This document shows positions 28,374 through 38,452 of a stretch of DNA of 64,000 nt, one piece after another. Made by a program: the position numbers and the translations under genes. The notes below the pieces were generated by a model. That model searched no databases. It had not been told where the DNA came from and saw only the letters and a list, made by a program, of their open reading frames with translations. Numbering within the stretch: position 1 is the first letter of the stretch; each line of letters begins with the position of its first letter. The DNA is from an uncultured Acidobacteriota bacterium (GTDB lineage Bacteria; Acidobacteriota; Vicinamibacteria; Vicinamibacterales; 2-12-FULL-66-21), in the NCBI GenBank assembly GCA_963847975.1, contig CAWKBU010000031.1:280291-344290 (forward strand). The letters are read 5' to 3'.

Positions 28374-28485
28374 ACGCAGGAGGTCAAGAGGCCAGGAGTG
28401 TTTGAAGGAGTTCAGGAGGTCAAGAGATCAAGACGTCCGGATCAAAACACTAAGATCCTGGTTGTCTCCTGACCTCCTGCCTCTT
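28374..28485. repeat. Imperfect hairpin built from CAGGAGGTCAAGAG words at a convergent gene junction
   Basis: CAGGAGGTCAAGAG occurs twice on the left (28376, 28412). The right arm GATCCTGGTTGTCTCCTGACCTCCTGCCTCTTG is complementary in more than one register. The element lies between the copD stop (28344) and the stop of the CoA-binding gene (28590). Confidence 0.55.
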
Positions 28486-28589
28486 GTTAAGAAGCAAGAA
28501 GACAGTGAACACCGCCAAGGAGCAAACAGGCCCGCTTAGCGCATCTTTAGGCCAGCTCGTCAGATGCGGAGGCGTCTGACCTCCGGCCG

Positions 28590-29078
28590 CTACTGCAATC
28601 CGCCGCGAACCGAGGTGATGCGCTGCGTGTTGAAGCCGAGCCAGTGCATCCGCCCCACGTAGCGCGCGTGCTCGACCTTGATGCAGCGATCCATCACGAC
28701 CGAGAGGCCTCCCGCTTCGGCGATGCGGCCGCCTTCTTCGTTGATCACCGTGAACTGGCACCAGAGATTCTTGGCGCCGATGGCGACCGCGTCGCGGGCA
28801 ATCCCCGGCAACGCATCTGGCGCGCGGAACACATTGACGATGTCGACGGGAACCGGGACATCGGCCAGGGAGTTGAAGCTCTTCTCGCCGAGGATCTCGG
28901 ACTCACGCGGGTTGACCGGGACGATGCGATAACCGTGACGCTTGAGATAAAAGCCGACGAAGTAGCTGGCGCGCAGGTGATTGTTCGACAGCCCGACGAT
29001 GGCGACCGTCCTGGCGCCGTGAATCGCGCGCTGGATCGTGAGCGGATCTTGATAGCCGACCGGGTTGAATGGCGTCAT
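28590..29078 (-). CDS. CoA-binding domain protein (YccU/YneT-like)
   Basis: ATG 29078 ([33 protein letters not shown]…). The 162-aa product is the C-terminal part of ORF 28590..30431. An ATGA overlap links it to the metY stop. Confidence 0.85.
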   Translation of the reverse strand: MTPFNPVGYQDPLTIQRAIHGARTVAIVGLSNNHLRASYFVGFYLKRHGYRIVPVNPRESEILGEKSFNSLADVPVPVDIVNVFRAPDALPGIARDAVAIGAKNLWCQFTVINEEGGRIAEAGGLSVVMDRCIKVEHARYVGRMHWLGFNTQRITSVRGGLQ

Positions 29079-30391
29079 CGTGAGGCCACCTCGGTCGAGT
29101 CCGGCGCGACCACGCGCGCGAAGCCTTGTTCGAGGTCCCAGATGAGGTCGGCGGCCGCCTCGATCCCGACCGAGAGGCGAATCGTCCCCGGGCCGACCCC
29201 GGCGGCCTTGAGCTCGTCCTCGCTCAGCTGACGGTGGGTCGTGCTCGCGGGGTGGATGATGAGGCTCTTCGCGTCCCCGACGTTGGCGAGGTGCGACCAC
29301 AACGTCACGCCGCGGATGAAGTCCTGGCCGGCGGCGCGGCCGCCGCGCAAGTCGAAGGAAAAGACCGCCCCGGCACCCGCGGGCATGTACTTGTCGACGA
29401 GCGGCCGGTAGCGGCTCGTGCCCAGGCCTGGGTAGGTCACGTTCGAGACGAGCTCGTGCGCCGCGAGGTAGCGTGCGACCGTGGCGGCATTCTCGACGTG
29501 ACGCGCCATCCGCAGCGACAGCGTCTCGAGCCCCTGCAGGAACATGAACGCGTTGAACGGACTGAGGCAGGCGCCGAGATCGCGCAGGGTCTCGGCCCGC
29601 AGCTTCATCAGGTAGCCGTAGGTGCCGAAGGTCTCGTGGAACTGCAGTCCGTGGTAGGCCGGTGACGGATCGGCGATCACCGGATAGCGGCCGTTCGACC
29701 AGTTGAACTCGCCCGAGTCGACGACCACGCCGCCGATGCTCGTCCCGTGGCCGCCGATGAACTTGGTCGCCGAGTGCAGCACGATGTCCGCGCCCCATTC
29801 GATCGGGCGGCAGAGAAACGGCGTCGCAAACGTGTTGTCGACGATGAGCGGGAGGTTGTGCGCGTGCGCGACGGTGGCGACGGCTTCGATGTCGAGCACG
29901 TTGCCGCCGGGATTGCCGATCGTCTCGCCGTAGAACGCCTTGGTGTTGTCGCGGACCGCCGCCTTCCAGGCGCCGGGATCGTCGGGGTCCACCCACGTCA
30001 ACTCCACGTTCATCTTGCGCAGGAGGTGCTTGAGCTGGTTGACCGTCCCGCCATAGAGGGCCGAGGAGGACACGATGTGGTCGCCGGGCGTCAGCAACGT
30101 GAACAGAGCGGCCGCCTGGGCGGCGATCCCGCTCGCGAAGGCGACCGCGCCGCATCCGCCCTCGAGATTCGCCATGCGCTCCTCGAAGACCGCCACCGTC
30201 GGGTTCATGATGCGCGAGTAGGTGTTGCCGTACTCCTGCAGGTTGAAGTACGCGGCCGCCGACTCCGGATCTTCGAAGACGTAGCTCGTCGTTTGAAAGA
30301 TCGGCACCGCACGGGCGCCGGTATTCGGGTCCGGCCGTTGTCCGGCATGAACCTGCCGGGTCTCGAAGCCGAAGCGATGCGACTCTTCCAT
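29075..30391 (-). CDS. metY: O-acetylhomoserine sulfhydrylase (PLP-dependent)
   Basis: [18 protein letters not shown]…[17 protein letters not shown]…[16 protein letters not shown] (PLP-Lys block)…[12 protein letters not shown]. It is the C-terminal 438 aa of ORF 29075..31705. Confidence 0.9.
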   Translation of the reverse strand: MEESHRFGFETRQVHAGQRPDPNTGARAVPIFQTTSYVFEDPESAAAYFNLQEYGNTYSRIMNPTVAVFEERMANLEGGCGAVAFASGIAAQAAALFTLLTPGDHIVSSSALYGGTVNQLKHLLRKMNVELTWVDPDDPGAWKAAVRDNTKAFYGETIGNPGGNVLDIEAVATVAHAHNLPLIVDNTFATPFLCRPIEWGADIVLHSATKFIGGHGTSIGGVVVDSGEFNWSNGRYPVIADPSPAYHGLQFHETFGTYGYLMKLRAETLRDLGACLSPFNAFMFLQGLETLSLRMARHVENAATVARYLAAHELVSNVTYPGLGTSRYRPLVDKYMPAGAGAVFSFDLRGGRAAGQDFIRGVTLWSHLANVGDAKSLIIHPASTTHRQLSEDELKAAGVGPGTIRLSVGIEAAADLIWDLEQGFARVVAPDSTEVASR

Positions 30392-31705
30392 GATAACGTC
30401 TCCGACCGACCGGCTCGGCGTCGAGGCCCATTGCCCCGCGCCGCTCCGTCGCGGAGCGCGCGATCGGCCTCGAGGCGGACTGTCCACTACCTTAGGCGCG
30501 AGAAACCCTTGAATCATAGGAGTCTGACGCGACTCCTCCAAAAGAAAACAGTCGTGGCCGTAGGGCGCGTCGATCACGTGGAGATCGACGTCCTTGCCGG
30601 CGGCCCGCAGCGCGGCCGCCAGTTCCTCCGAACCCGCCGGCGGATAAAGCCAGTCGGAGCTGAACGCGATGAGCAGCGTCCTCGCTGAGATGCCGCGGAC
30701 CGCGTGCGCCAGCTGCCCGCCGCCGTACTGTCGCGCGAGGTCGAAGTAGGACAGCGCGCGCGACGTGTAGAGGTAGGTGTTGGCGTCGAAGCGCTTGACG
30801 AACGAATCCGCCTGGTGGCGCAGGTAGCTCTCGACCTCGAACTCGGGCTCGGTCAGCGTGTAGCGGATGTCATCGGCGAACTGCAGCCGGCGTCCGAACT
30901 TGTCGTTGAGCGAGGAAGCCGACAGATAGGTGATGTGTCCGACCATCCGCGCGACACCCATGCCTGCCGTGGGCGCGCGCCCGGTGCCGTAGTAGTGACC
31001 ATTCTGCCAATCCGGATCGGCGGTGATGGCGCTGCGCGCAATCGCATTCCAGGCGACACCCTGCGGATGGAGCGCGTGCGTGCTGGCGATGGGGATGATG
31101 GCGCCGACCTCATCGCCGAACTGCACCGCCCACTCGAGCGCCTGCATGCCGCCGAGCAATCCGCCGGCGACCGCCGCCAGCCGCGTGATGCCGAGCTCGC
31201 CGAGGAGCGCACGTTCCACGCGCACCATGTCGGCAACGGTGATGACCGGAAAATCGGATCCGTAGGGGCGGCCGGTCGCGGGATTCGTCGAGGAGGGCCC
31301 CGTGGTGCCGCGGCAGCCGCCGAGCAGGTTCGAGCTGACGACGAAGAAGCGATCGGTGTCGAACGCCTTGCCCGGGCCAATCATGCCGTCCCACCATCCG
31401 AGGCCGTGGCCCTTGCCGGCGTCGCGCTCGTCGGCGCGGAAGCCGTCCCGGGTACTTGCGGCCGTGGGGACCGGGGAGTAGCCGGCGGCATGCGCATCCC
31501 CGCTCAGCGCGTGGCAGACGAGGATCACGTTGTCGCGCGCCGGCGACAGCGTGCCGTAAGTCTCGTAGGCGATCCGGATGGCCGGCAGGTCGCGGCCGCA
31601 GTCCAGCCGAAGCGGCTCCGCAAGGTCGATGAACTGGGTCTCGACCGTGCCGACCGAGCCGGCGGCGCTCTTCGGCGGCGTAGGCGTGGACATGCAGGCG
31701 ATCAT
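30392..31705 (-). CDS. metX: Homoserine O-acetyltransferase; no in-frame stop before the metY ATG (read-through or fusion as assembled)
   Basis: The N-terminal ~390 aa of ORF 29075..31705 read IAYETYGTLSPARDNVILVCHALSGDAH…GGLLGGMQALEW…YGHDCFLLEE…QGFL. A 35-codon Arg/Pro-rich linker then runs into the metY start. Confidence 0.85.
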
Positions 31706-31893
31706 ATCCTTCGCTCTCGCGCCTGCCGGCGCTTCGGCGAGGCTTGGCCCGCCGGACGGGCTAGATTCACTCGGTCAGGCTAGCTCGTCCGCCAGGCGGT
31801 CACGTTCGCTTGACACGCCGATGGCCGTTGTATGATTCGAAGCTTGCGCGCATCGGTTCGCGCCAACCTGAAATCAACATCGAGGGGGTTGCG

Positions 31894-32448
31894 ATGGCTC
31901 AGTCGAGCGTCAACAACGGGGTCAATGTCGGGGCACTCCTGGCGGCGCGGGAAGCGCTCAAGGGCGCTCCGCAAGCGGCCAAGTTCACATGGCGGGCGTC
32001 CTGCAAATGGCAGAACGGCACTTATAGTCAGACCAAGGTCCAGGGGTTCCACGGACTGGGTGAAGAACAGAAGCACAAGACCGAGTTCTCGTTCGAGGCC
32101 GATCATCCGGAAATTTTCGCCTCCGAGGATCTCGGCGCAACCCCGGTCGAGTACGTTCTGGTGGGGTTGGCGAGCTGCCTGACGGCCGGCGTCGCCGCGG
32201 TCGCCCAGAATCGCGGCATCCAGCTGCGGTCGGTCGAGGCCAAGCTCGAAGGATCGATGGACATCCAGGGCATCCTTGGCATCGACAGCGACGTGCGCAA
32301 TGGCTACGACGACATCAAGGTCACCTTCAACATCGACGCCGACGCGTCGAAAAAGGAGATCGAGGCCATCGTCGCCCAGTCGCAGAAGCGCTCGGCGGTG
32401 TACGACATCATCACCAACCCGACCAACGTGACGGTCCAGGTCGCCTAG
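31894..32448 (+). CDS. OsmC-family peroxiredoxin-like protein
   Basis: ATG 31894 follows GAGGGGG. The block PVEYVLVGLASCLTAGVAAVAQNRGI and the C-terminal SAVYDIITNPTNV are typical of OsmC/Ohr-fold proteins. Confidence 0.8.
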   Translation: MAQSSVNNGVNVGALLAAREALKGAPQAAKFTWRASCKWQNGTYSQTKVQGFHGLGEEQKHKTEFSFEADHPEIFASEDLGATPVEYVLVGLASCLTAGVAAVAQNRGIQLRSVEAKLEGSMDIQGILGIDSDVRNGYDDIKVTFNIDADASKKEIEAIVAQSQKRSAVYDIITNPTNVTVQVA

Positions 32449-32482
32449 GCCGGGAGCTCGATAGTCGGGTCGGGAGCACACC

Positions 32483-33733
32483 ATCGAACACGTTACGACC
32501 GTCGTCATCGGAGCCGGGCACGCCGGGCTGGCGACGAGCCGCTGCCTCAGCGAGCGCTCGATCGATCACGTGGTGCTCGAGCGCGGCGAGGTTGCCAACT
32601 CCTGGCGGTGTGAGCGCTGGGACTCCCTGCGCCTGCTGACGCCGAACTGGCAGAGCCGGCTGCCCGGCTATCGATACGAAGGCGCGGACCCCGACGGCTT
32701 CATGACCATGGCCGAGGTCGTCGAGTTCGTCGCGCGCTTTGCCCTCGTGGCCGGTGCGCCGGTGCGCACGCACACGACGGTCACGTCGGTGAAGCGAACC
32801 GACGAGGGCTACCACGTCGCCACCGCCACCGGCGGCCTGCGCTGTCGCACGGTGGTGGTGGCAAGCGGCGCCTGCAACGTCGCGAGCGTGCCCGCCCTGC
32901 GCGCGGGACTGCCGAGAGCGATCGCCTCCCTCACCGCGCTCGAGTACCGCAACCCGAATCAGCTCTCCGATGGCGGTGTGCTCATCGTGGGCGCGTCGGC
33001 CACCGGCGTGCAGTTAGCCGATGAAATCCAACGCTCTGGGCGGCAGGTAACGATCGCGGTCGGCGAGCACGTGCGGCTGCCGCGGACGTATCGCGGCCGC
33101 GACGTGCTCTGGTGGATGGACGCCTCGGGGGTGTGGAATCAACGCTACGACGAGATCGACGACCTGACGCGCGCGCGGCGGCTGCCATCCCCGCAGCTCG
33201 TCGGGACGCCCGAGCGCATCACGCTCGATCTCAACACGCTGAGCGCGGCCGGCGTCGCGATTGTTGGCCGCCTGGCCGCCATTCGCGACGGCCAGGCGCT
33301 CTTTTCGGGTGGGCTGCGCAACCAGTTCGCGCTGGCCGACCTCAAGCTCGAGCGTCTGCTGGATACGTTCGACGACTGGGCACGCAGCAATGGACGCGAT
33401 GCCGACGTCGGCCCGCCGGAGCGCTTCGAGCCGACGCGCGTGCCGGCGGCCTCGCCCCTCTCACTCGATCTCGGCAACGGCGCGATCCGCACCGTCATCT
33501 GGGCGACCGGATTCCGCCCCGACTACAGCTGGCTCGACGTGCCCGTCGTCGACCACAAGGGCCACCTGCGCCACGATGGCGGCGTAGTCGAGTCGCCGGG
33601 ACTCTATGCCATCGGACTGCCTGTCCTCCGCCGCCGCAAGTCGACGTTCATCCATGGCGCGGAAGACGATGCCCGGGATGTGGTCGAGCACCTGGCGGGC
33701 TACCTCGCGGGATCGCCGGCCCCTACACGTTGA
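32483..33733 (+). CDS. FAD/NAD(P)-binding oxidoreductase (COG2072 flavin monooxygenase-like); start codon unresolved
   Basis: The dinucleotide motif VVIGAGHAGLA (~32498) lies upstream of the listed ORF start 32570. The frame is open only from 32465, and no ATG, GTG or TTG precedes the motif. Confidence 0.65.
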   Translation: MEHVTTVVIGAGHAGLATSRCLSERSIDHVVLERGEVANSWRCERWDSLRLLTPNWQSRLPGYRYEGADPDGFMTMAEVVEFVARFALVAGAPVRTHTTVTSVKRTDEGYHVATATGGLRCRTVVVASGACNVASVPALRAGLPRAIASLTALEYRNPNQLSDGGVLIVGASATGVQLADEIQRSGRQVTIAVGEHVRLPRTYRGRDVLWWMDASGVWNQRYDEIDDLTRARRLPSPQLVGTPERITLDLNTLSAAGVAIVGRLAAIRDGQALFSGGLRNQFALADLKLERLLDTFDDWARSNGRDADVGPPERFEPTRVPAASPLSLDLGNGAIRTVIWATGFRPDYSWLDVPVVDHKGHLRHDGGVVESPGLYAIGLPVLRRRKSTFIHGAEDDARDVVEHLAGYLAGSPAPTR

Positions 33734-34826
33734 ACTTGAAGAGCAGCACGTCGCCGTCCGCGACGACGTATTCCTTGCCCTCCATGCGGTAGACACCGTT
33801 CTCGCGCGCGGCGGCGACCGAGCCGCAGCGCACCAGATCCTCGTAGGATACGGTTTCGGCTTTGATGAAGCCGCGCTCGAAGTCCGAATGGATGACGCCC
33901 GCGGCCTTCGGCGCCGTGTCGCCGGCGTGAATCGTCCACGCCCGTACTTCCTTCTCGCCCGCCGTGAAGTAGGTCTGCAGGCCCAGGAGGTGGTAGGTCG
34001 AGCGAATCAAGGCATCGAGACCGCTTTCCTTGACGCCGAGATCGGCGAGGAATGCCTGGGCTTCGTCGGGCGCCAGGTCAACGAGGTCGCTCTCGATCTG
34101 AGCGCTGATGACGACGGCCTCGCAAGACATGTGGGTCCCGACGTAGTCACGGACCTTGCGGACGAAAGGATTGGCGTCGGCCGTCGCCAGCTCGGAGTCG
34201 AGGACGTTGCAGGCGAAGATCGTCGGCTTGTCGCTCAGGAGGAAGAGAGGCGCGGACAGCGCACGTTCCTCGTCGGTCAGCTCCACCGTGAGCACAGGCT
34301 TGCCGTCGTCGAGTGCGGCCTCGATCTTCTCGAGCACGGCGTCTTCCGCCGCGGCGGTCTTGTCGCCGCGCTTGATGTCCTTGCCCAGGCGCTCGCGGCG
34401 TTTCTTCACCGAGTCGAGGTCGGACAGCATCAGCTCGGTGTTGATGACCTCGATGTCGCTCACCGGATCGACGTGGCCGCCGACGTGATGCACGTCCGCA
34501 TCTTCGAAGCAGCGCACGACCTGGATGATGGCGTCGACTTCGCGGATGTGGGTGAGGAACTTGTTGCCCAGGCCCTCGCCCTGACTCGCTCCCTTCACCA
34601 GTCCGGCAATGTCCACGAACTCAATCGCCGCCGGGATTACGACGCCGGTCTTGGCAATGCGCTGCAGCTCGTACAGCCGCGAGTCGGGCACGGTCACGAT
34701 GCCGACGTTCGGGTCGATGGTGCAGAAGGGGTAGTTCGCCGCCGCGGCGTTGCGGGTTCGCGTGACGGCGTTGAACAACGTGGATTTGCCCACGTTGGGG
34801 AGTCCAACGATTCCAGCTCTGAGCAT
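33723..34826 (-). CDS. ychF: Redox-regulated ribosome-binding ATPase YchF
   Basis: 367 aa: [20 protein letters not shown]…[10 protein letters not shown]…[12 protein letters not shown]…[19 protein letters not shown]. Confidence 0.95.
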   Translation of the reverse strand: MLRAGIVGLPNVGKSTLFNAVTRTRNAAAANYPFCTIDPNVGIVTVPDSRLYELQRIAKTGVVIPAAIEFVDIAGLVKGASQGEGLGNKFLTHIREVDAIIQVVRCFEDADVHHVGGHVDPVSDIEVINTELMLSDLDSVKKRRERLGKDIKRGDKTAAAEDAVLEKIEAALDDGKPVLTVELTDEERALSAPLFLLSDKPTIFACNVLDSELATADANPFVRKVRDYVGTHMSCEAVVISAQIESDLVDLAPDEAQAFLADLGVKESGLDALIRSTYHLLGLQTYFTAGEKEVRAWTIHAGDTAPKAAGVIHSDFERGFIKAETVSYEDLVRCGSVAAARENGVYRMEGKEYVVADGDVLLFKFNV

Positions 34827-34942
34827 GTAATGACGATCGCGTTGAGGGTTCTCGGGCGGGCCTGTGAATCAGATCCGATTGCAGCCTCCATTGTACCAGT
34901 CCGGCCATCAGAACCGGGTTTGCGGCGAATATGAGCTTTAAT

Positions 34943-35014
34943 CACCGCATCTGATGCGGCCAATAGCGAAACGGCCGGCGATTGGGTGCTATAATAGCCG
35001 CACATATTGCGGTG
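34943..35014 (+). promoter_or_regulatory. Putative promoter of the fic gene: extended -10 flanked by two copies of a 17-19 bp palindrome
   Basis: TGCTATAAT at 34987-34995 lies in a locally AT-richer stretch. CACCGCATCTGATGCGGCC sits at 34943-34961 and GCCGCACATATTGCGGTG at 34997-35014. Both fit CACCGCA-N5-TGCGGC and they are in inverted orientation. The GTG start is at 35019. Confidence 0.35.
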
Positions 35015-35018
35015 AATA

Positions 35019-36122
35019 GTGCCATATATACATGAGCTTAGCGGCTGGCCTCGGTTCACTTGGGACGCCGACCGCCTGGCTGTGCCGTTGGCCGAGGCCA
35101 GGCACAGGCAGGGACGTCTGGGGGGGCAGATGGAGTCGCTCGGCTTCAAGGTCCGGGAAGAGGCTGTTCTCCGGACACTTACCGACGATGTTCTCAAGAC
35201 GAGCGAGATCGAAGGCGAGAAGCTCGAGCCTGACCAGGTCCGGTCATCTCTCGCTCGTCGTCTCGGCGTGGACATCGGCGGTTTGACGCCGGCCGACCGC
35301 AACGTCGAGGGGGTGGTGGAAATGATGCTCGACGCCACCCAACGCTACGATCAGCCCCTTGCGCAAGAACGGCTCTTTGGCTGGCACGCGGCGCTCTTCC
35401 CAACCGGGCGCAGCGGGATGCACCCGATCAGGGTGGGTGCGTGGCGTGACGACAGGACATCGCCGATGCGCGTCGTCTCCGGCCCGATCGGGCGCGAGCG
35501 CGTGCACTTCGAAGCCCCGGCCGCGGATCGGCTGGACGACGAGATGCGTCAATTCCTCGACTGGTTCAACGGCGACACAGTGGTCGAACCGGTGCTCAAG
35601 GCGGCGGAGGCGCACCTGTGGTTCGTGACGATTCACCCGTTCGACGATGGCAACGGCAGAATCGCACGGGCGATTGCCGACATGGCCCTGGCGCGGTCGG
35701 AGAAGAGCTCGCAGCGGTTCTACAGCATGTCGGCGGAGATCCGCCAGCAACGCAGTGATTACTACCGCATCCTCGAGCAGACACAGCAGGGAACGCTGAA
35801 CATCACGGCGTGGATGGAGTGGTTCCTCGCCTGCCTGACGCGCGCCATCGATGGCGCGCAAACCGCGCTCGGCGGCGTGATCGCCAAGGCGCGCTACTGG
35901 GAAAAGCTGCGCGACGTACCGTTGAACGAACGCCAGCGGCTCGTCATCAACCGGCTTCTCGAGGGCTTCGAGGGTAAGTTGACGACGTCGAAGTGGGCGG
36001 CGCTGACGAAGAGCTCGCAGGACACGGCGCTGAGGGACATCCAGCAGCTCGTGGAGCGGGGCGTCTTGATTCGCAATGCAGCGGGCGGCCGCAGCACCAG
36101 TTACGCGCTCGCGGCGGCCTAG
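35019..36122 (+). CDS. Fic-family protein (DUF4172 N-terminal domain plus Fic domain)
   Basis: 367 aa with the Fic motif HPFDDGNGRIARA and the N-terminus PYIHELSGWPRFTWD, typical of DUF4172-Fic proteins. The start is GTG. Confidence 0.85.
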   Translation: MPYIHELSGWPRFTWDADRLAVPLAEARHRQGRLGGQMESLGFKVREEAVLRTLTDDVLKTSEIEGEKLEPDQVRSSLARRLGVDIGGLTPADRNVEGVVEMMLDATQRYDQPLAQERLFGWHAALFPTGRSGMHPIRVGAWRDDRTSPMRVVSGPIGRERVHFEAPAADRLDDEMRQFLDWFNGDTVVEPVLKAAEAHLWFVTIHPFDDGNGRIARAIADMALARSEKSSQRFYSMSAEIRQQRSDYYRILEQTQQGTLNITAWMEWFLACLTRAIDGAQTALGGVIAKARYWEKLRDVPLNERQRLVINRLLEGFEGKLTTSKWAALTKSSQDTALRDIQQLVERGVLIRNAAGGRSTSYALAAA

Positions 36123-36173
36123 CGCTGGAGAACCAAAAAGGGGTCGGGACCCCCTCTCGGACAGGAGAGCGAC

Positions 36174-36704
36174 ATGCCAAGGGGTCGCCCACTCGAAGTG
36201 GAGCTGGAACTGCTCGAAGCGTTCAAACGCAGCGGGGCCGTGAGTGTGTACCTCGTGACCCGGTTACCGGCCGCCATCTGGCAGGGCGGCACCGCCAGCG
36301 GGCCGCGGCCGCACGATCGCGGCGATCGTGGCGCACATGCAAGGTGTCCGGCGCACGTTTGCGCGGATGGGCGGGGCGCAACCTGGTCCACCCTCGCTCG
36401 ATAGGCGGTCGGTAACACCGACCCAGGCGCAGCGGCCTTTCAGCAGTCGACCGACGACCTCGCACGCCTCTTCGAAGCGGCCATCACCTCAGGTCACGCC
36501 CGGGTCAAGGGGATGCCACGGCGTGTTATCGACATGCTCACCTACCTGATGCAGCACGACGCGCACCACCGCGGCCAGATCTGCACGCTGGCGAACGACC
36601 TCGGCCACTCCTTCAGTGGCGACGACAGGATGCGATTGTGGGGCTGGAAGGCGATGCCGCCGCCAACGGAGCGGACTCAATCAAGAGCATCCAGGGCCCG
36701 ATAG
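36174..36704 (+). pseudogene. DinB-family (DinB_2) metal-dependent protein, frame-disrupted
   Basis: The text passes through ORFs 36174..36404, 36328..36549 and 36513..36704 (…TIAAIVAHMQGVRRTF…, …MLTYLMQHDAHHRGQICTLAN…). Switches lie near 36290 and 36440. Confidence 0.6.
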
Positions 36705-36730
36705 CGCAGGCCCCTGCACGCAGAACAGGA

Positions 36731-38416
36731 TCAGGGAGCCGTTCGGCGCTGCACGACAATGGCGAGCACCAGCGCGAACACCCCGATGAGCGCAGAGTAC
36801 GCAAAGAACACCATGTAGCCAGTGCCAAGTGCGGCCGGGCTGACACCCGATCGAGCGACGGCATTGGCAAAATTCTCCGGCGCCTGTGCCGCCACGACGC
36901 CCTTCAGGCCGGAGAACACCCCGCCCGCATCAGCGAATCGCGCCGCACCCTCGACGATGCGGCCCGACTGCGACGCGATTAGACGGCCGGGAATGGCATA
37001 GAGGGACGAGAAGAGCGCGTATTGGGTGGCGGTGAATCCGGCCGACGTCAGGCTCGACATGTACGCGATCAGGCACGTACCCGCGAAGCCGCCGGCGACG
37101 TTGTCGAGCCCGATCGCGGCAAAGAGCGCCCACAGATTGTGGTGCTGCAGGGCGAGCCAGATGAACAGGAGATTGCTCAACGGCCCTGCGAGCGCTCCAA
37201 TCACCATCGCGCGCAGGAGGCCGTAGCGCGCCACGGCCACGCCGCCCGCGAACACGCCGAACATCGTCATGCCGACGCCGAAGATCTTCCGCACTTCGGC
37301 GATCTCGACCAGGCTGTAGCCAAGGTCGAGATAGAACGGATTCATGATGTTCAGCACGAAGTCCGGGACACGGTAGAGGCAGATCAGCGCGAGGATCAGC
37401 CCTCCCGCCGAGCGGTGACGCGCGAAGAAATCGCGCAACGGATCGGCGAGGGCCGAGGAGAGGTAGACGCCGGGCCGCGTGCGGGCACCGGGAAGCGGAA
37501 GGGCGGCAAGAGCAATCAAGCCGAACCCGACCGCCACGGCGGAGAGATGCACCCACACGCGCGCGGGCGACGCCCAGGCCGATAGAACCGCCTGGCGCGC
37601 GCCGTCAGCACCCGCGGCGCCGAGCACTCCCGCGAGCACGCCGGCATTGGCGGCGAGGCCTGAGCCCAGCACGAGCGCGCCGGCCGCGAGGATCGCGAGG
37701 CGGGCAACCCATTCGATCGCCTCACGTGCCGGAGCGGGTTGAATGTCTCCTGTTTGGATCGGACGGATGGCGTGACGCTGCTCGCGCGGAGCCGCGAGCA
37801 CCGCCAGCACGCCGATCGTCATCAACGCAGCCATCACGGCATAGGAAAAATTCCAGCCGTAGGCCTGGGCGAGGAGCAGCGGGACGGCGCCCGCGACGAT
37901 GATCGCCACGCGGTAGCCCCATTGATACGCGGCCGCCATGGCGCCCTGCTTCGTCGTCTCCGCCGCTTCGATCCGCCAGGCGTCGATGGCGATGTCCTGC
38001 GTGGCCGAGGCCAAGCCGACGAGAACCGCAAAGACCGCGATGGTTCCCAGGCTGCGGGAGGGATCGGAACCCGCCACGAGCCAGAGTCCCAGCATGATGA
38101 GCGCCTGGCAGACGAGCATCCACGAACGGCGATGGCCGAGCCAACCGGTGAGGACCGGTACCCGCGCGCGGTCGACGAACGGCGCCCAGAGGAACTTGAA
38201 GGTCGAGACCAGTGTGACCAGGCTGAAGAAACCGATCACCTCGAGCGAGAGGCCCGAAGCACGGAACCACGCCGAGAGGGTGTCGAAGATCAGGAAGTAG
38301 GGCAGGCCGGCGGAGAATCCCAGCGCGACCATGACCAGCGCCGGGCGCTCGGCGTACACGCCCAGCGCCGAACCGACCGTCCGCTTGCCAGGCGACGGGG
38401 CTGTTTCACTGCTCAT
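36731..38416 (-). CDS. ampG: AmpG-family muropeptide/MFS permease
   Basis: Intact 561-aa polytopic ORF: LGFSAGLPYFLIFDTLSAWFRASGLSLEVIGFFSLV..FKFLWAPFVDR. Confidence 0.75.
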   Translation of the reverse strand: MSSETAPSPGKRTVGSALGVYAERPALVMVALGFSAGLPYFLIFDTLSAWFRASGLSLEVIGFFSLVTLVSTFKFLWAPFVDRARVPVLTGWLGHRRSWMLVCQALIMLGLWLVAGSDPSRSLGTIAVFAVLVGLASATQDIAIDAWRIEAAETTKQGAMAAAYQWGYRVAIIVAGAVPLLLAQAYGWNFSYAVMAALMTIGVLAVLAAPREQRHAIRPIQTGDIQPAPAREAIEWVARLAILAAGALVLGSGLAANAGVLAGVLGAAGADGARQAVLSAWASPARVWVHLSAVAVGFGLIALAALPLPGARTRPGVYLSSALADPLRDFFARHRSAGGLILALICLYRVPDFVLNIMNPFYLDLGYSLVEIAEVRKIFGVGMTMFGVFAGGVAVARYGLLRAMVIGALAGPLSNLLFIWLALQHHNLWALFAAIGLDNVAGGFAGTCLIAYMSSLTSAGFTATQYALFSSLYAIPGRLIASQSGRIVEGAARFADAGGVFSGLKGVVAAQAPENFANAVARSGVSPAALGTGYMVFFAYSALIGVFALVLAIVVQRRTAP

Positions 38417-38452
38417 GCGACGGATTGTGCCTCGGATCGGCCGCCCCGGGCG

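Noticed and set aside
28590-30431. 613-aa minus-strand ORF
   Set aside because: Its upstream ~450 codons are an out-of-frame overlap of metY. Only the last 162 codons, from ATG 29078, encode the CoA-binding protein.
31706-31893. SAM riboswitch upstream of metX, and a TTGACA (31810-31815)/TATGAT (31831-31836) promoter for osmC
   Set aside because: I could not recognise any SAM-I, SAM-II or SAM-SAH consensus by eye in the metX leader. The plus-strand hexamers have a 15-nt spacer, which is suboptimal. A covariance-model scan (Rfam) would be decisive.
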